From positions 1,760,001 to 1,824,000 of the forward strand of contig CAVSCK010000004.1 of the NCBI GenBank assembly GCA_963726455.1: a stretch of 64,000 bases of DNA, given 5' to 3'. Made by a program: the position numbers and the translations under genes. The notes under the pieces were generated by a model. That model made no database searches and was not told where the DNA came from. It saw only the letters and a program-made list of their open reading frames with translations. Source of the stretch: an uncultured bacterium. Its GTDB lineage: Bacteria; Zixibacteria; MSB-5A5; CAIYYT01. Positions 34,433-43,947 of this stretch are shown here, one piece after another (positions within the stretch are counted from its first letter, which is position 1; every line of letters starts with the position of its first letter).

Positions 34433-35353
34433 ATGAGCCGGGTCGTTGTGGTCAAGTACATTGGCGACCAGCGAAATCGCCCTCTTTCTCAATCGGATTA
34501 CGAAATTCTTCTCAATTCCGCCTTCCTGACGCTTTCTGGTAACGGCGATTTGCAGGCCGCCATTCGAAAGTATCTGCCCGACGGTGTAGTTGGTATGAAG
34601 CCGAACTGCCTGGCGCACAAATGGAATGCGACGCCGGTGCCTCTTATCGACGCTCTCTCGAATCTGTTGACATCGACCGGTTTGCGCGACAAAGACATTG
34701 TCGTCTGGGAGCGCAGCAACCGTGAATTATCTGCCTCCGACTACAAACTAAATGCGACCTCGACCGGTCGGCGCTGCTTCGGCACTGATGCCACCATTGC
34801 TGGCTATAGCAGCGATTTCTATTCGTTTGGCGAGGTCAACTCGTTGGTTACGCGCATCTTGACTGAAATCGTCGACGTCAACATCAATCTGCCCGTATTG
34901 AAAGACCACTCCGTCGCGGGTTTGTCGGGCGGCATGAAGAATATGTACGGCGCTATCAACAACCCTAACAAGTACCACGCCGACAACTGCAATCCGTTCT
35001 GTGCCCATGTCAATCTCTTGGAGCCGATTCGTACGAAGAACCGGCTGACCATTATTGATGCCGTGCGCGTCCAGTACAATGGCGGACCCGGCTTTGTGGA
35101 AGACTATATCGCCTACTTCGGCGGAATCGTCGTAAGCGACGACCCGGTTGCCGCCGATCGAGTGGGTCTCGAAATAATCGAGCATTTTCGTGCGGTTAAC
35201 GGCTTGCCGACTCTCGATAGGGTCGAGCGTCCCGTGAAATACCTGGCGACGGCGGAGAAACTCGGCCTGGGGACTGCTGATATGAAGAAGATTGATTTGC
35301 AGGTTCTGTCTGTCGACAAAAGCGGTCGACATAACTCGGAGACACTATTCTAA
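34433..35353 (+). CDS. DUF362 domain protein (putative Fe-S)
   Basis: SRVVVV, MKPN, VWERS, INLPVLKDH, GGMKNMYG, H..NCNP, DPVAAD, LGLG. Confidence 0.85.
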   Translation: MSRVVVVKYIGDQRNRPLSQSDYEILLNSAFLTLSGNGDLQAAIRKYLPDGVVGMKPNCLAHKWNATPVPLIDALSNLLTSTGLRDKDIVVWERSNRELSASDYKLNATSTGRRCFGTDATIAGYSSDFYSFGEVNSLVTRILTEIVDVNINLPVLKDHSVAGLSGGMKNMYGAINNPNKYHADNCNPFCAHVNLLEPIRTKNRLTIIDAVRVQYNGGPGFVEDYIAYFGGIVVSDDPVAADRVGLEIIEHFRAVNGLPTLDRVERPVKYLATAEKLGLGTADMKKIDLQVLSVDKSGRHNSETLF

Positions 35354-36492
35354 TGAGACGGCGCGCTTTCCTTCAATGTGTCGGTTGCGGCGCCGCTGCT
35401 GTTGCAGCGACACAGACAGGTTTATTCCCACCGGTTTTCAATACACTGCAAAATGCTTATGTTTTGGGCGAGCCGAGCGATCTTTCCTCCCAGGAAGCGC
35501 GTTTCTACAAGAAGCTGCCGGGCGGCGGAATCGAATGCGGAATTTGTCCCCGGCATTGTCGCGTCACCGATCTCGAACGCGGATATTGCGGCTCACGTGA
35601 AAACCGAGGCGACATCTATCACACGTTAGTCTATGGCAAACCGTGCTCGCTGAACGTCGATCCGATTGAAAAGAAACCGTTCTTCCACTTCTATCCAGGC
35701 ACTACGGCGTTATCGCTGGCGACCGCCGGCTGCAACGTCAACTGCAAATTCTGCCAGAATTGGGAGATCTCTCAATCGCGCCCCGAGCAGACCCAGAACA
35801 TTGATCTTCCGCCTGCGTCGGCAGTCGAAATGGCTGTTCAACGCAAAATCCCCAACATCGCCTACACCTATTCTGAACCGACAATCTTCTACGAATACAT
35901 GTCGGATATTGCCGCACTTGGACACAAGAACGGCGTCAGATCAGTGATGGTTTCGGGCGGCTATATCGAAGAGGAACCGCTTCTCCAGTTGCTCCCGCAC
36001 CTGGATGCAATCAAGGTTGACCTCAAAGGAATTCGCGAGGAATACTACAAGACGGTCGTCAACGGCGAACTCAAGCCGGTACTTGATCGGCTGATGCAGA
36101 TCAGAAAGTCCGGCGTCTGGCTAGAAATTGTGACACTGATAGTACCGACGCTTAATGATACTGAGGCCGAATTTCGCGACCTGAGTCGCTGGATTGCGAC
36201 GAATCTCGGCGTCGATGTGCCGCTTCACTTCTCGCAGTTCTATCCTCAGTACCTCTTGAGGAACCTGCCGCCGACACCGCCAAAGACTCTGGAGACTGCG
36301 CTGGATATCGCGAAGGCCGAGGGACTGCAATATGTCTACCTTGGCAATCTTCCCGGTCATCCCGCCGAATCAACTTATTGTCCGAAGTGCGGCGCAACCT
36401 TGATCGAGCGCAAGGGTTTCCGCATTTTGCAGTCCAACCTGACCGGCAATCAATGTTCAGCATGCCGGCAAATCATTCCCGGTCGTTTCTAA
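35353..36492 (+). CDS. amrS: AmmeMemoRadiSam radical SAM enzyme with twin-arginine leader
   Basis: MRRRAFLQ leader; CGICPRHC...GYC, DPIEKKP, GCNVNCKFCQNWEISQ (CxxxCxxC), YTYSEP, VDLK, YVYLGN, CPKC...CSAC. Confidence 0.93.
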   Translation: MRRRAFLQCVGCGAAAVAATQTGLFPPVFNTLQNAYVLGEPSDLSSQEARFYKKLPGGGIECGICPRHCRVTDLERGYCGSRENRGDIYHTLVYGKPCSLNVDPIEKKPFFHFYPGTTALSLATAGCNVNCKFCQNWEISQSRPEQTQNIDLPPASAVEMAVQRKIPNIAYTYSEPTIFYEYMSDIAALGHKNGVRSVMVSGGYIEEEPLLQLLPHLDAIKVDLKGIREEYYKTVVNGELKPVLDRLMQIRKSGVWLEIVTLIVPTLNDTEAEFRDLSRWIATNLGVDVPLHFSQFYPQYLLRNLPPTPPKTLETALDIAKAEGLQYVYLGNLPGHPAESTYCPKCGATLIERKGFRILQSNLTGNQCSACRQIIPGRF

Positions 36493-38634
36493 ATGACTCG
36501 CCAGGGGCTTCTACTCGGTTTCTTCTCGACTGCTGCACAAGTGTTATTGTTGCGCGAGCTCGAATCGTCGCTCAACGGCAGTGAACTATTCATCGGCACG
36601 GCTTTGTTTGGCTGGCTGATAGCCGTCGCGGCAGGCGCTTATCTGGGCGGTAAGACAAAAAGAACTGTCACACCAACTATACTGTTCGGCGCCGGAGCTC
36701 TGCTATTGCCTCTGCTGATCATCGTTGCGCGATTATCTCCTCTCTATGTGACACACGTAACCGGAGAAACAATCCCTTTCAGTACAGCGGCTCTGATTTC
36801 GATTCTTGCGACGGTCCCCGCGGGCATCCTGTCGGGCTGGCTGTTCACAACCATAGTGCGCGGACAATCGCCGGAGTCAAACACGATCACAAAGCTCTAT
36901 TGTATCGAAGGAGTCGGCGCCGGAATCGCTGGCGTGCTGATCACGCTGCTGGCGGGAACGTGGTTCTCGACGCTAGCAATAGCGATCATCGTCGCAGTAA
37001 TTACCGTGGCTGCTTTGCTATTTGCGCCGTCGGCAAAAAGAGCAGTGCGATTCTTTGTCGTGATTGGCGCGATACTGATGATCGTTCTCGCCGTCACGAG
37101 TATTCCCATTCTCGACCGCGCTATTGACGGCATCAAGTATTCGTCGTATCGAGTACAACAGACTTTCGATACGCCATACAGTCACGAAGCCATTCTCACG
37201 CGCGACAACAGCACTGTCCTGTTAACCGACAATACGGTTGAGGCGACCAGCCCGGACCTGTTGACGGATGAGAATCTCTTGCTGCCGCCGTTCGCTTATA
37301 GTCCGGGCGCCACGAAAGTTCTCGTCTTCGGACGTACCGAATTCGGCATCGAGCAACTTGCCAGCAGACTCGGCAACGTATCGATCACTTCCGTCGATCC
37401 GCGCCAAATGCGTGGAACAAAAGCGACGAACACTTCTCAGATAGTCCGAGTCACTGACGACCCTTTGGCATTTGTATCGCGGACCGGCAAGCACCAGTCA
37501 TATGACATTATCATTCTGCCGGCGGGCGATCTTGGTAGTTATAGAAACAGTCGCCTGATATCGAAGCACTTTCTCGGCGCTGCCAGGCGTCTGATTGCGC
37601 CCAAGGGAATCATTTTCATCCCGACCCGTTACGACTCCGACCGCTATATCAGCGCTCGCGAGCAAACAATCCTGTCGACGATCTACGCCACTCTAAGGGA
37701 GACATTCCCGAACGTGCAATCCTGGCCGGGAAACATGACTTTGTTCTTCGCGTCTTATGAATTGCCGCTTGATCTGCCGTACGATTCCCTGATTTCGAAT
37801 CTGTCGCGACTTTCGTACATTCCCCAATTCATTGGTGAGAATTATCTCAAGGACAGACTTGATAGTCTCAAGGTAGATCGGTTAGTCTTATCCTTCGGCA
37901 GTTCTTCGCATGCCAACAGTCTCAACGTTCCGCTATTGACTCTTCAGGAGACGCTCTATCGATCAGAACTGAGCAAGTTGGATGCGAAGATATCCGCAGC
38001 TTTATTGGATAGTTCCTGGTGGCTGGCAATACTGCCCATCTTGATTGTGACTCTGTTCTTCGTTACCGTGATTGGTCGCAAGGGACACGCATCTTACGGT
38101 CTGTTCCTCTATTTCTGCGCCGGCGTAGTTTCACTCACATTGGAGATGATTGCGTTCTACGTGTACCAGTCAACTGCGGGTTCTTTGTATTCCGAATTGG
38201 CGATCCTTATCGGAATCTTTATGTTCGGACTATCTGCGGGAACCTACCTGACTCTCAAATCCGAATTTGAACGTGTCGACTTGAGTGCGATCATAATGCT
38301 TCTGACGGCGACTACCGTGTATACTCTCGCCTACAAGACCGTTCCGTCATCGATGCTTCTAATATTCCACATTCTCTTCCTGCTCACAATAGCCCTCGGA
38401 ACCGGGAGTCTGTTCGCTGCGGCAACACGACGATATTACGGTAGACGCCCGGGGCCCAACCAAGGCGCCGGTTACGCGCTCGAACTCACAGGATCATCTC
38501 TCGGCGCTGTCCTGACAACAACCGTCCTTCTGCCCGCGATCGGGCTGCACTGGCTTCTTGTAGGCGTGATTCTGCTGCTAGCTATCGCAGCGGTTGGCTC
38601 GATCTTGACGGCGAGAGGCTCCCAGGCGAATTAG
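36493..38634 (+). CDS. Polytopic membrane protein with central spermidine-synthase/SAM-methyltransferase-like domain (degenerate)
   Basis: QVLLLRE...GSE N-terminal TM block; central DTPY..KVLVFG..YDIII; C-terminal TM block with LEMI..YQ..GSLY. Confidence 0.7.
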   Translation: MTRQGLLLGFFSTAAQVLLLRELESSLNGSELFIGTALFGWLIAVAAGAYLGGKTKRTVTPTILFGAGALLLPLLIIVARLSPLYVTHVTGETIPFSTAALISILATVPAGILSGWLFTTIVRGQSPESNTITKLYCIEGVGAGIAGVLITLLAGTWFSTLAIAIIVAVITVAALLFAPSAKRAVRFFVVIGAILMIVLAVTSIPILDRAIDGIKYSSYRVQQTFDTPYSHEAILTRDNSTVLLTDNTVEATSPDLLTDENLLLPPFAYSPGATKVLVFGRTEFGIEQLASRLGNVSITSVDPRQMRGTKATNTSQIVRVTDDPLAFVSRTGKHQSYDIIILPAGDLGSYRNSRLISKHFLGAARRLIAPKGIIFIPTRYDSDRYISAREQTILSTIYATLRETFPNVQSWPGNMTLFFASYELPLDLPYDSLISNLSRLSYIPQFIGENYLKDRLDSLKVDRLVLSFGSSSHANSLNVPLLTLQETLYRSELSKLDAKISAALLDSSWWLAILPILIVTLFFVTVIGRKGHASYGLFLYFCAGVVSLTLEMIAFYVYQSTAGSLYSELAILIGIFMFGLSAGTYLTLKSEFERVDLSAIIMLLTATTVYTLAYKTVPSSMLLIFHILFLLTIALGTGSLFAAATRRYYGRRPGPNQGAGYALELTGSSLGAVLTTTVLLPAIGLHWLLVGVILLLAIAAVGSILTARGSQAN

Positions 38635-38671
38635 CCTACGTACATCAAGACTTTTGAGAGTAAATCCGTCG

Positions 38672-40360
38672 TCACGAGATTCGGTTAGGTGGGGGAGTTA
38701 ACTTGCGATTCCGTAGCAGCAGTTGATTCCGATTCGACCGCGACTCGCCGACCGAGGTGATGTAGATCGCCGCATCGCCGGTAACCGGGCACGCATACTC
38801 GCAGGCGCCACAACCGGTACAGAGTTCGGGATCGACCGACGGGCGCTTGACTTTCACTTCTTCCTTGCGACGATTGAATGCCGTTTCTTCCGCGAAGTAA
38901 ATCGCTTTCGGCGAAGTTGGGCACCACTCTTCACACACAATGCAGGGCGTAGCCATCGCCCAGGGCAGGCAACGGCCGCGATCAATGAACGCCGTGCCGA
39001 TGCGGTTTGGCGGCACAGTCTCGCTGCCGACCTTGCGGGTAAGTGTCAATTCGGAAATCGCTCCCGTCGGACATACTTGTCCGCAGAGAGTGCAGGTCGG
39101 TTCACAATAGCCAATCCTGGCAATTAATATCGGTGACCACAGTCCTTCAGCCCCGGCTTGCAGCAGAGTCGGATGAAGTGCATTGTTCGGGCAAACCCGC
39201 ATGCATTGACCGCATCGTATACAGCGGGAAATGAACTGGTTCTCCGGAAGCGAACCCGGCGGGCGGATCAAGCGAGGATTGGAATTCACTTCGAAGGCAT
39301 CGCCCGATCGCAGCAGCGGCACAAGTGCAACTCCGCTGGCAAGGGATGCCAGCACCATGCGGCGCGAGGCGTCAACCTTCTGCGTGCTCGCCGGACTGGC
39401 AGCCGTGGCAACTCGCTCTGGGTAGAACTTGAAACTGAGAGATGACGCAGGGCATTCCGCCTGACAGTTGAGACAGAGATGGCACTCCGGCTGCCGCCAG
39501 ACTGATCCCACATCAGGCCCGTCTGCTCCCTGACAATGCAGCAGGCACAGGTTGCAGTGATTGCAGGTTGCTTCGTCTTTCGTAAGTCCGAAGATTGTCC
39601 AGCGTGAAAAGACGCCGAGTAATGCCCCGAGCGGACAAATGCCTCGACACCAGAAACGTGTGATCAGGCGATTCAAGACAAGTACTGCCAGGAAGAAGAC
39701 AGCGATGAGAATGATTCCGTGAAAGTGCGCCTGGCGATACGGCAGCAGGACGGCGGCAAAAGCATCATAGACCGATTGAGCCCCTGACGCGATCGCCGGC
39801 GAACCCAGACCTTTCACTGCACCGAGTATGCCTAGCGCCGCGGTGTGCAGGGTCGGTAATATCGCTGTCCCGAGAGAGCGTGCCAGTAATGCCAGAGGAT
39901 CCAGTAACCCTATTTGCAGACTGCCGAACAAAGCCGCGGCCAGGAACAGGAACAGTAGATAGTATTTGATACGCTGATACTTGCCGTAACGGTTTCTCTT
40001 AAGTCGACGCGCATTGTCGCCGGTACCTTTGACTGCACGCACTTCCGATACCCAGTGATTAAGTGATCCCAGTGGACATACCCAGCCGCAGAAGAAACGC
40101 CCTAGCACAATTGTGGGAATCAGAATGACCAACGACCAGAGCAGCCCCTTATATAGTGTACCGGCGGCAAGCAGTGTGGACAACGCGGCCAACGGATCAA
40201 ATTGAAGCGCAATAGAAACCGGATACGGGAGTTGAATCTCGGTGGCGTTGGCGGGCAAAAAATGAACTTCGAAAGTTGTCTTGAGTATGAGCCAGAAGAA
40301 GACTAGAAAGAATACAACCTGCGAGATACGGCGCAAATTGCGAACTGCCTTAATGGTCAT
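38672..40360 (-). CDS. Membrane polyferredoxin (NapH/MauN-like fused to NapG/MauM-like)
   Basis: FFCGWVCPLG and FWCRGICPLG; about six 4Fe-4S-type motifs; internal SRRMVL helix; RPPG. ATG 40360 overlaps the upstream stop (ATGA). Confidence 0.88.
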   Translation of the reverse strand: MTIKAVRNLRRISQVVFFLVFFWLILKTTFEVHFLPANATEIQLPYPVSIALQFDPLAALSTLLAAGTLYKGLLWSLVILIPTIVLGRFFCGWVCPLGSLNHWVSEVRAVKGTGDNARRLKRNRYGKYQRIKYYLLFLFLAAALFGSLQIGLLDPLALLARSLGTAILPTLHTAALGILGAVKGLGSPAIASGAQSVYDAFAAVLLPYRQAHFHGIILIAVFFLAVLVLNRLITRFWCRGICPLGALLGVFSRWTIFGLTKDEATCNHCNLCLLHCQGADGPDVGSVWRQPECHLCLNCQAECPASSLSFKFYPERVATAASPASTQKVDASRRMVLASLASGVALVPLLRSGDAFEVNSNPRLIRPPGSLPENQFISRCIRCGQCMRVCPNNALHPTLLQAGAEGLWSPILIARIGYCEPTCTLCGQVCPTGAISELTLTRKVGSETVPPNRIGTAFIDRGRCLPWAMATPCIVCEEWCPTSPKAIYFAEETAFNRRKEEVKVKRPSVDPELCTGCGACEYACPVTGDAAIYITSVGESRSNRNQLLLRNRKLTPPPNRIS

Positions 40361-41312
40361 CCGGTAATCTCTTTGAAGCCCGCGGCACGATAGTCGACCT
40401 TTCCCAATCCCAGCTTCTCTGCGAGAACTATATGGGAAACGTCCTCCCCTTTCAAACCGAGAAATTCGAAGCCCGCGAATCGGCTGCAACTTGATCGGTG
40501 GCGCAGATCACTGAATCTTCAATCGCCACGTCGTCGAGTGATCCGCCGGTCGGGCCGCCGCGCAGCAATACCCGGGTGCAATCAACGACTGTCAACGTCG
40601 GTTTGCCGAGTCCCGCCACGTCGACAATTGCCTGGTCAATCTTTTGATGGAATTGGCTTCGCCGGCCGCCCAGAATGCCGTAGAAATTCTTCATGGCGCC
40701 GGTATAGCCGGTCAGCGAATGATGCTTGGCAATCGGCATGTTTATCAGCCGATCGGTCTGCACGAAGTACTTCAGCACCGGCCAGACGTCGACGGCCTGC
40801 CCACCCACTACGGTGCGAAGATAGTCCTCTTCGAGCGGCAGGATGACTTTGGCGCCCGCCTTTTCCGCTTCCGCGCGAATTCCTGAGCGCAGGAAACAAC
40901 GGCGCGGCTCGTTGCACGATACATCCGTGACAATCACCTGCGCTGCACCGGCCGCCAGGCACAGGCGAACCATCTCTCCTACCAATATCGGATTGGTATC
41001 TGCGGCCTGTTCCGGCGTGCGATCCCAGCCGATGTTCGGCTTGATCGTCACCTTGTCCCCCTTGCGAATGAATCTCTTGATTCCGCCGATACCATCCAAT
41101 GAGGAGTGCAGCGCCGCAATCGGGTCTGAATTTTTCGTCAGTATTACCTGCGGCAACTGCTTGTCAGCGGGAACTGTGAAGTCGGACGTTTTTAAAATGA
41201 TAGGTTCGCTGCCGGTGACCTGTCGATTATGAAACAGCATTCCGACGGCAGTCGTAGAAGCGGCAAACGCCAGTGTCTTTCCGGTGGTTTTGAGAAATTC
41301 GCGTCGTTCCAT
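40357..41312 (-). pseudogene. DUF362 protein with twin-arginine leader; single -1 frameshift near 40468 (possibly a sequencing error)
   Basis: MERREFLK, IKPNIGW, INMPIAKHH, MKNFYG, DQVAAD; tail EFLGLKGEDV...LGLGKVDY...ITG* is in another frame. Span 956 nt = 3n-1. Confidence 0.82.
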
Positions 41313-41444
41313 GGTGTGGTATCCTCTCGTATAAATAAAGCTGACAGGGAACGAATTTGCAAGTTCTTAAGGAAGACCGGTACGATTTTACACATAAGTA
41401 TTGGCCAAAGCGCAAGAGGCGACTAGTTTGGCCGGGAGATCGAA

Positions 41445-42356
41445 ATGAATGACCGCGTGACATATCGAACAATCTTGTACCTCGTCAATTTCAGTCTTTC
41501 TTTGATGACGGCCCTGGCATTTCTCCTTACGGAAAACGTGCTGGCTCTCACCATGCCTGACGACAATTTCGCAAGTGGCTGGACAAAACCGGTAAAGCCG
41601 CTGACCTATACGCGGGAAAGTCTCTCGGACTATGTAAATGGTGATGCTGAATTATTCAACGAGCTTGGATTCCGGCAACTGGAAGTTCAGCAATACAAGA
41701 ATGGGAGCTCAGAAATTGATCTGGAATTATACGAACTGAACGATCCCAACGGCGCAATGGGAATCTACTTGCTCAAGTGCGGCAAGGAAACGCCTTCCTC
41801 CGAGATTACTTCCCGGAATTCAGTCAATCGTTCGCAACTGGTCGCCGTCAAGGCAAACTTCTTTATCCAAGTCCTGAACTATACCGACAACGATAACGTC
41901 CAGCCGACCATGATCAAACTTGCGCAACAAGCCTTGTCATTGGTGGCAAACAAATCTGATTCAACCGTTCTGGGCCTGCTACCGAGGCAGCAACTTCAAG
42001 CGGGTTCGGAACACGTCTTTTGCGGCCCTTTATCGTTGCAGGCGGCGTTTCGGTTAGGCAAAGGCGATTTCCTGCAGTTGCAGAACAAGACTTTCGGGGC
42101 GTCTGCCAAATATTCGGAGGGACAAAGTGGAAGCTATTCTTACTGTGTCGTCACGTACTCCGATCCCACCGCTGCTTCCGCGGCGTTCGCACACTTGCAG
42201 AAATCTCTTGATCCGGGAATTCAATTATCCGACAAGACGGCCGGTAATTTCACTTTCAAGGACCGCCTGGCAAAATTCGGGACTGCTATACTAAAAGACA
42301 GCACGATTGAGCTAAAGCTGAATCTTGCGCACAAGCCGGTAAGTTCTTCGAAGTAG
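41445..42356 (+). CDS. Exported protein, DUF6599-like
   Basis: Hydrophobic N-terminus; L.DYVNGDAELF.ELGF, ELYEL....AMGIY pattern. Confidence 0.55.
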   Translation: MNDRVTYRTILYLVNFSLSLMTALAFLLTENVLALTMPDDNFASGWTKPVKPLTYTRESLSDYVNGDAELFNELGFRQLEVQQYKNGSSEIDLELYELNDPNGAMGIYLLKCGKETPSSEITSRNSVNRSQLVAVKANFFIQVLNYTDNDNVQPTMIKLAQQALSLVANKSDSTVLGLLPRQQLQAGSEHVFCGPLSLQAAFRLGKGDFLQLQNKTFGASAKYSEGQSGSYSYCVVTYSDPTAASAAFAHLQKSLDPGIQLSDKTAGNFTFKDRLAKFGTAILKDSTIELKLNLAHKPVSSSK

Positions 42357-42396
42357 TTGTCTCTGAGCTTCTCTCCAAATCAGGCACCTGCCGCTC

Positions 42397-42855
42397 TTAG
42401 AGAAACTTTATGTCTATACGTTTGGCCTTGGGCAGCATGTTCTTGACATGACCTGCCTGCAGCAGCCCGCATCCCAACGGGAAATTCAAGTGCTTGACCA
42501 ATACATAACCATCGGTCGTTTCGCCGATTTCCTCCGGCGTTGCATCGAGATCGAGCCCCTTGATATATCGCGCCGCCTGCTCACGTCCAAGTTGCAGCGC
42601 ATTACGTTTGATGTTGCCGCCAAACGCCTGCAAGAGATTGGTGGAGGGTTTGACTGTATTGCCAATTCGTGCGATCAATAGGCCGGCCGCATCGGGGTTC
42701 AGCACCGAATCAATCTCCTTCGGACCGAGAATGATGCGTCCATTGGCACTGGCGTAGAACTCGAAATCATCGAACAACGTCGCTGGCAGATCAAACCGCC
42801 GCTCAAGATATTCCAACGTCATGACCTTATATTCTTCAGGGCACCGTTCGATCAC
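42397..42855 (-). CDS. RsmF C-terminal/NIP7-like PUA-type RNA-binding protein
   Basis: YLERRF, KPSTN, YIKGLDL, GYVLV...LGCG...KNMLPK; overlaps the methyltransferase stop. Confidence 0.75.
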   Translation of the reverse strand: MIERCPEEYKVMTLEYLERRFDLPATLFDDFEFYASANGRIILGPKEIDSVLNPDAAGLLIARIGNTVKPSTNLLQAFGGNIKRNALQLGREQAARYIKGLDLDATPEEIGETTDGYVLVKHLNFPLGCGLLQAGHVKNMLPKAKRIDIKFL

Positions 42856-43766
42856 TTTCTGATCCTCGCCAAATAGAAGCCACCGGTGTCATTGTGATGT
42901 GGCAGCACCCTTGCCGTCTTGCGCACTTCGTCATCAAATTTGTAGTCTTGCCAGGACGTGATTCCCGGCATTAGGGCAAAATTCGGAATCTCGACCTGCT
43001 CCATTTTGGCAGGGCGTTCAGTCAACAGATAATTGACGACCGCTTCATTCTCTTCCGGAGCGATCGTGCAGGTGGAATAGACCAAGGTACCCCCTTCGGC
43101 CAGCAGGTCGAAGGCCATGAGGATAAGCTGCTTCTGACGGTAAGCGCTGGGGCCGATACGCTTGGGCGACCAGGCCTGCATCTGTCGCGGATTCTTCCGA
43201 AAAATCCCTTCCGACGTGCAAGGGGCATCCAGCAAAACGACATCAAATTGGGACTGCGGAAACGATCGCATATCGTAGTTTGTCACGACGGCATTGAGTG
43301 CGCCACTTCTCTCCAGGTTGAATTTCAATGGCCGAATACGTTCGTATTCCACGTCGTTGGCAACTATCGTGCCGCGATTGCACATTAGCGCTGCGAGCTG
43401 AGTGGTCTTTGAGCCCGGAGCCGCGCATGCATCCAAGACGCTCTTCGCCAATCGCAACTCCTCTCTGACAAGAAGCGGGGGCAACATGGAGGTCAACTCT
43501 TGTATGTAGATGGCGCCCAGGAAATGCTCGAGAGTCGAGCCGATGGCCGGGTTGTCGGAAACGAACGCATCCTCGTACCACGCTGTCTGTTCAATGCCGA
43601 TGCCGTAATCACGAAAGCGCGGAACGATCTGTTCTGCCGAACCTCTGAGGGTGTTTATGCGAAAGGCCTTCGGTAACGGCGTGACCATGCACTCAAAGAA
43701 TGCCTGGGCATCATCTACCAATGGTTCGTAACGTTCGGCAAATGCTCTGGGGACTTCAGGTTTCAT
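42852..43766 (-). CDS. RsmB/NOP2/RsmF family RNA m5C methyltransferase
   Basis: RINTL, YIQE, LDACAAPGSKTTQ, LLDAPCTSEG, YSTCT, EENE, TGGFY. Confidence 0.92.
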   Translation of the reverse strand: MKPEVPRAFAERYEPLVDDAQAFFECMVTPLPKAFRINTLRGSAEQIVPRFRDYGIGIEQTAWYEDAFVSDNPAIGSTLEHFLGAIYIQELTSMLPPLLVREELRLAKSVLDACAAPGSKTTQLAALMCNRGTIVANDVEYERIRPLKFNLERSGALNAVVTNYDMRSFPQSQFDVVLLDAPCTSEGIFRKNPRQMQAWSPKRIGPSAYRQKQLILMAFDLLAEGGTLVYSTCTIAPEENEAVVNYLLTERPAKMEQVEIPNFALMPGITSWQDYKFDDEVRKTARVLPHHNDTGGFYLARIRK

Positions 43767-43775
43767 CGCGCGCTG

Positions 43776-43804
43776 AGTATAGCCACCATGCCGACCGGTG
43801 TCAA
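43776..43804 (-). promoter_or_regulatory. Near-consensus sigma70 promoter for the m5C methyltransferase (near-leaderless)
   Basis: Minus strand TTGACA-17-TATACT, 9 nt before ATG 43766; no SD. Confidence 0.75.
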
Positions 43805-43868
43805 CCGGCAATGTCCTGCGGCACAAACTCTTTTGCAGGCAACGAGTCTTCATCCGGTCGCTGCCTAC

Positions 43869-43897
43869 TTGACAACCGCGCAATCATGCCATACAAT
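43869..43897 (+). promoter_or_regulatory. Near-consensus sigma70 promoter for trmB
   Basis: TTGACA-17-TACAAT. Confidence 0.7.
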
Positions 43898-43947
43898 GTC
43901 GCCTGCATTTGGGACAGGTGCAGTGGCACCATAACCAGTGAAAGAGC

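Noticed and set aside
34349-34618. Long overlapping N-terminal extensions of amrB/A (to 34618) and DUF362 (from 34379) in the ORF track
   Set aside because: Better starts at 34348 (SD plus signal peptide) and 34433 remove the overlap.
40452-40454. TGA ending the Tat-DUF362 ORF as a Sec codon
   Set aside because: The conserved tail lies in a different frame, so this is a frameshift rather than read-through.
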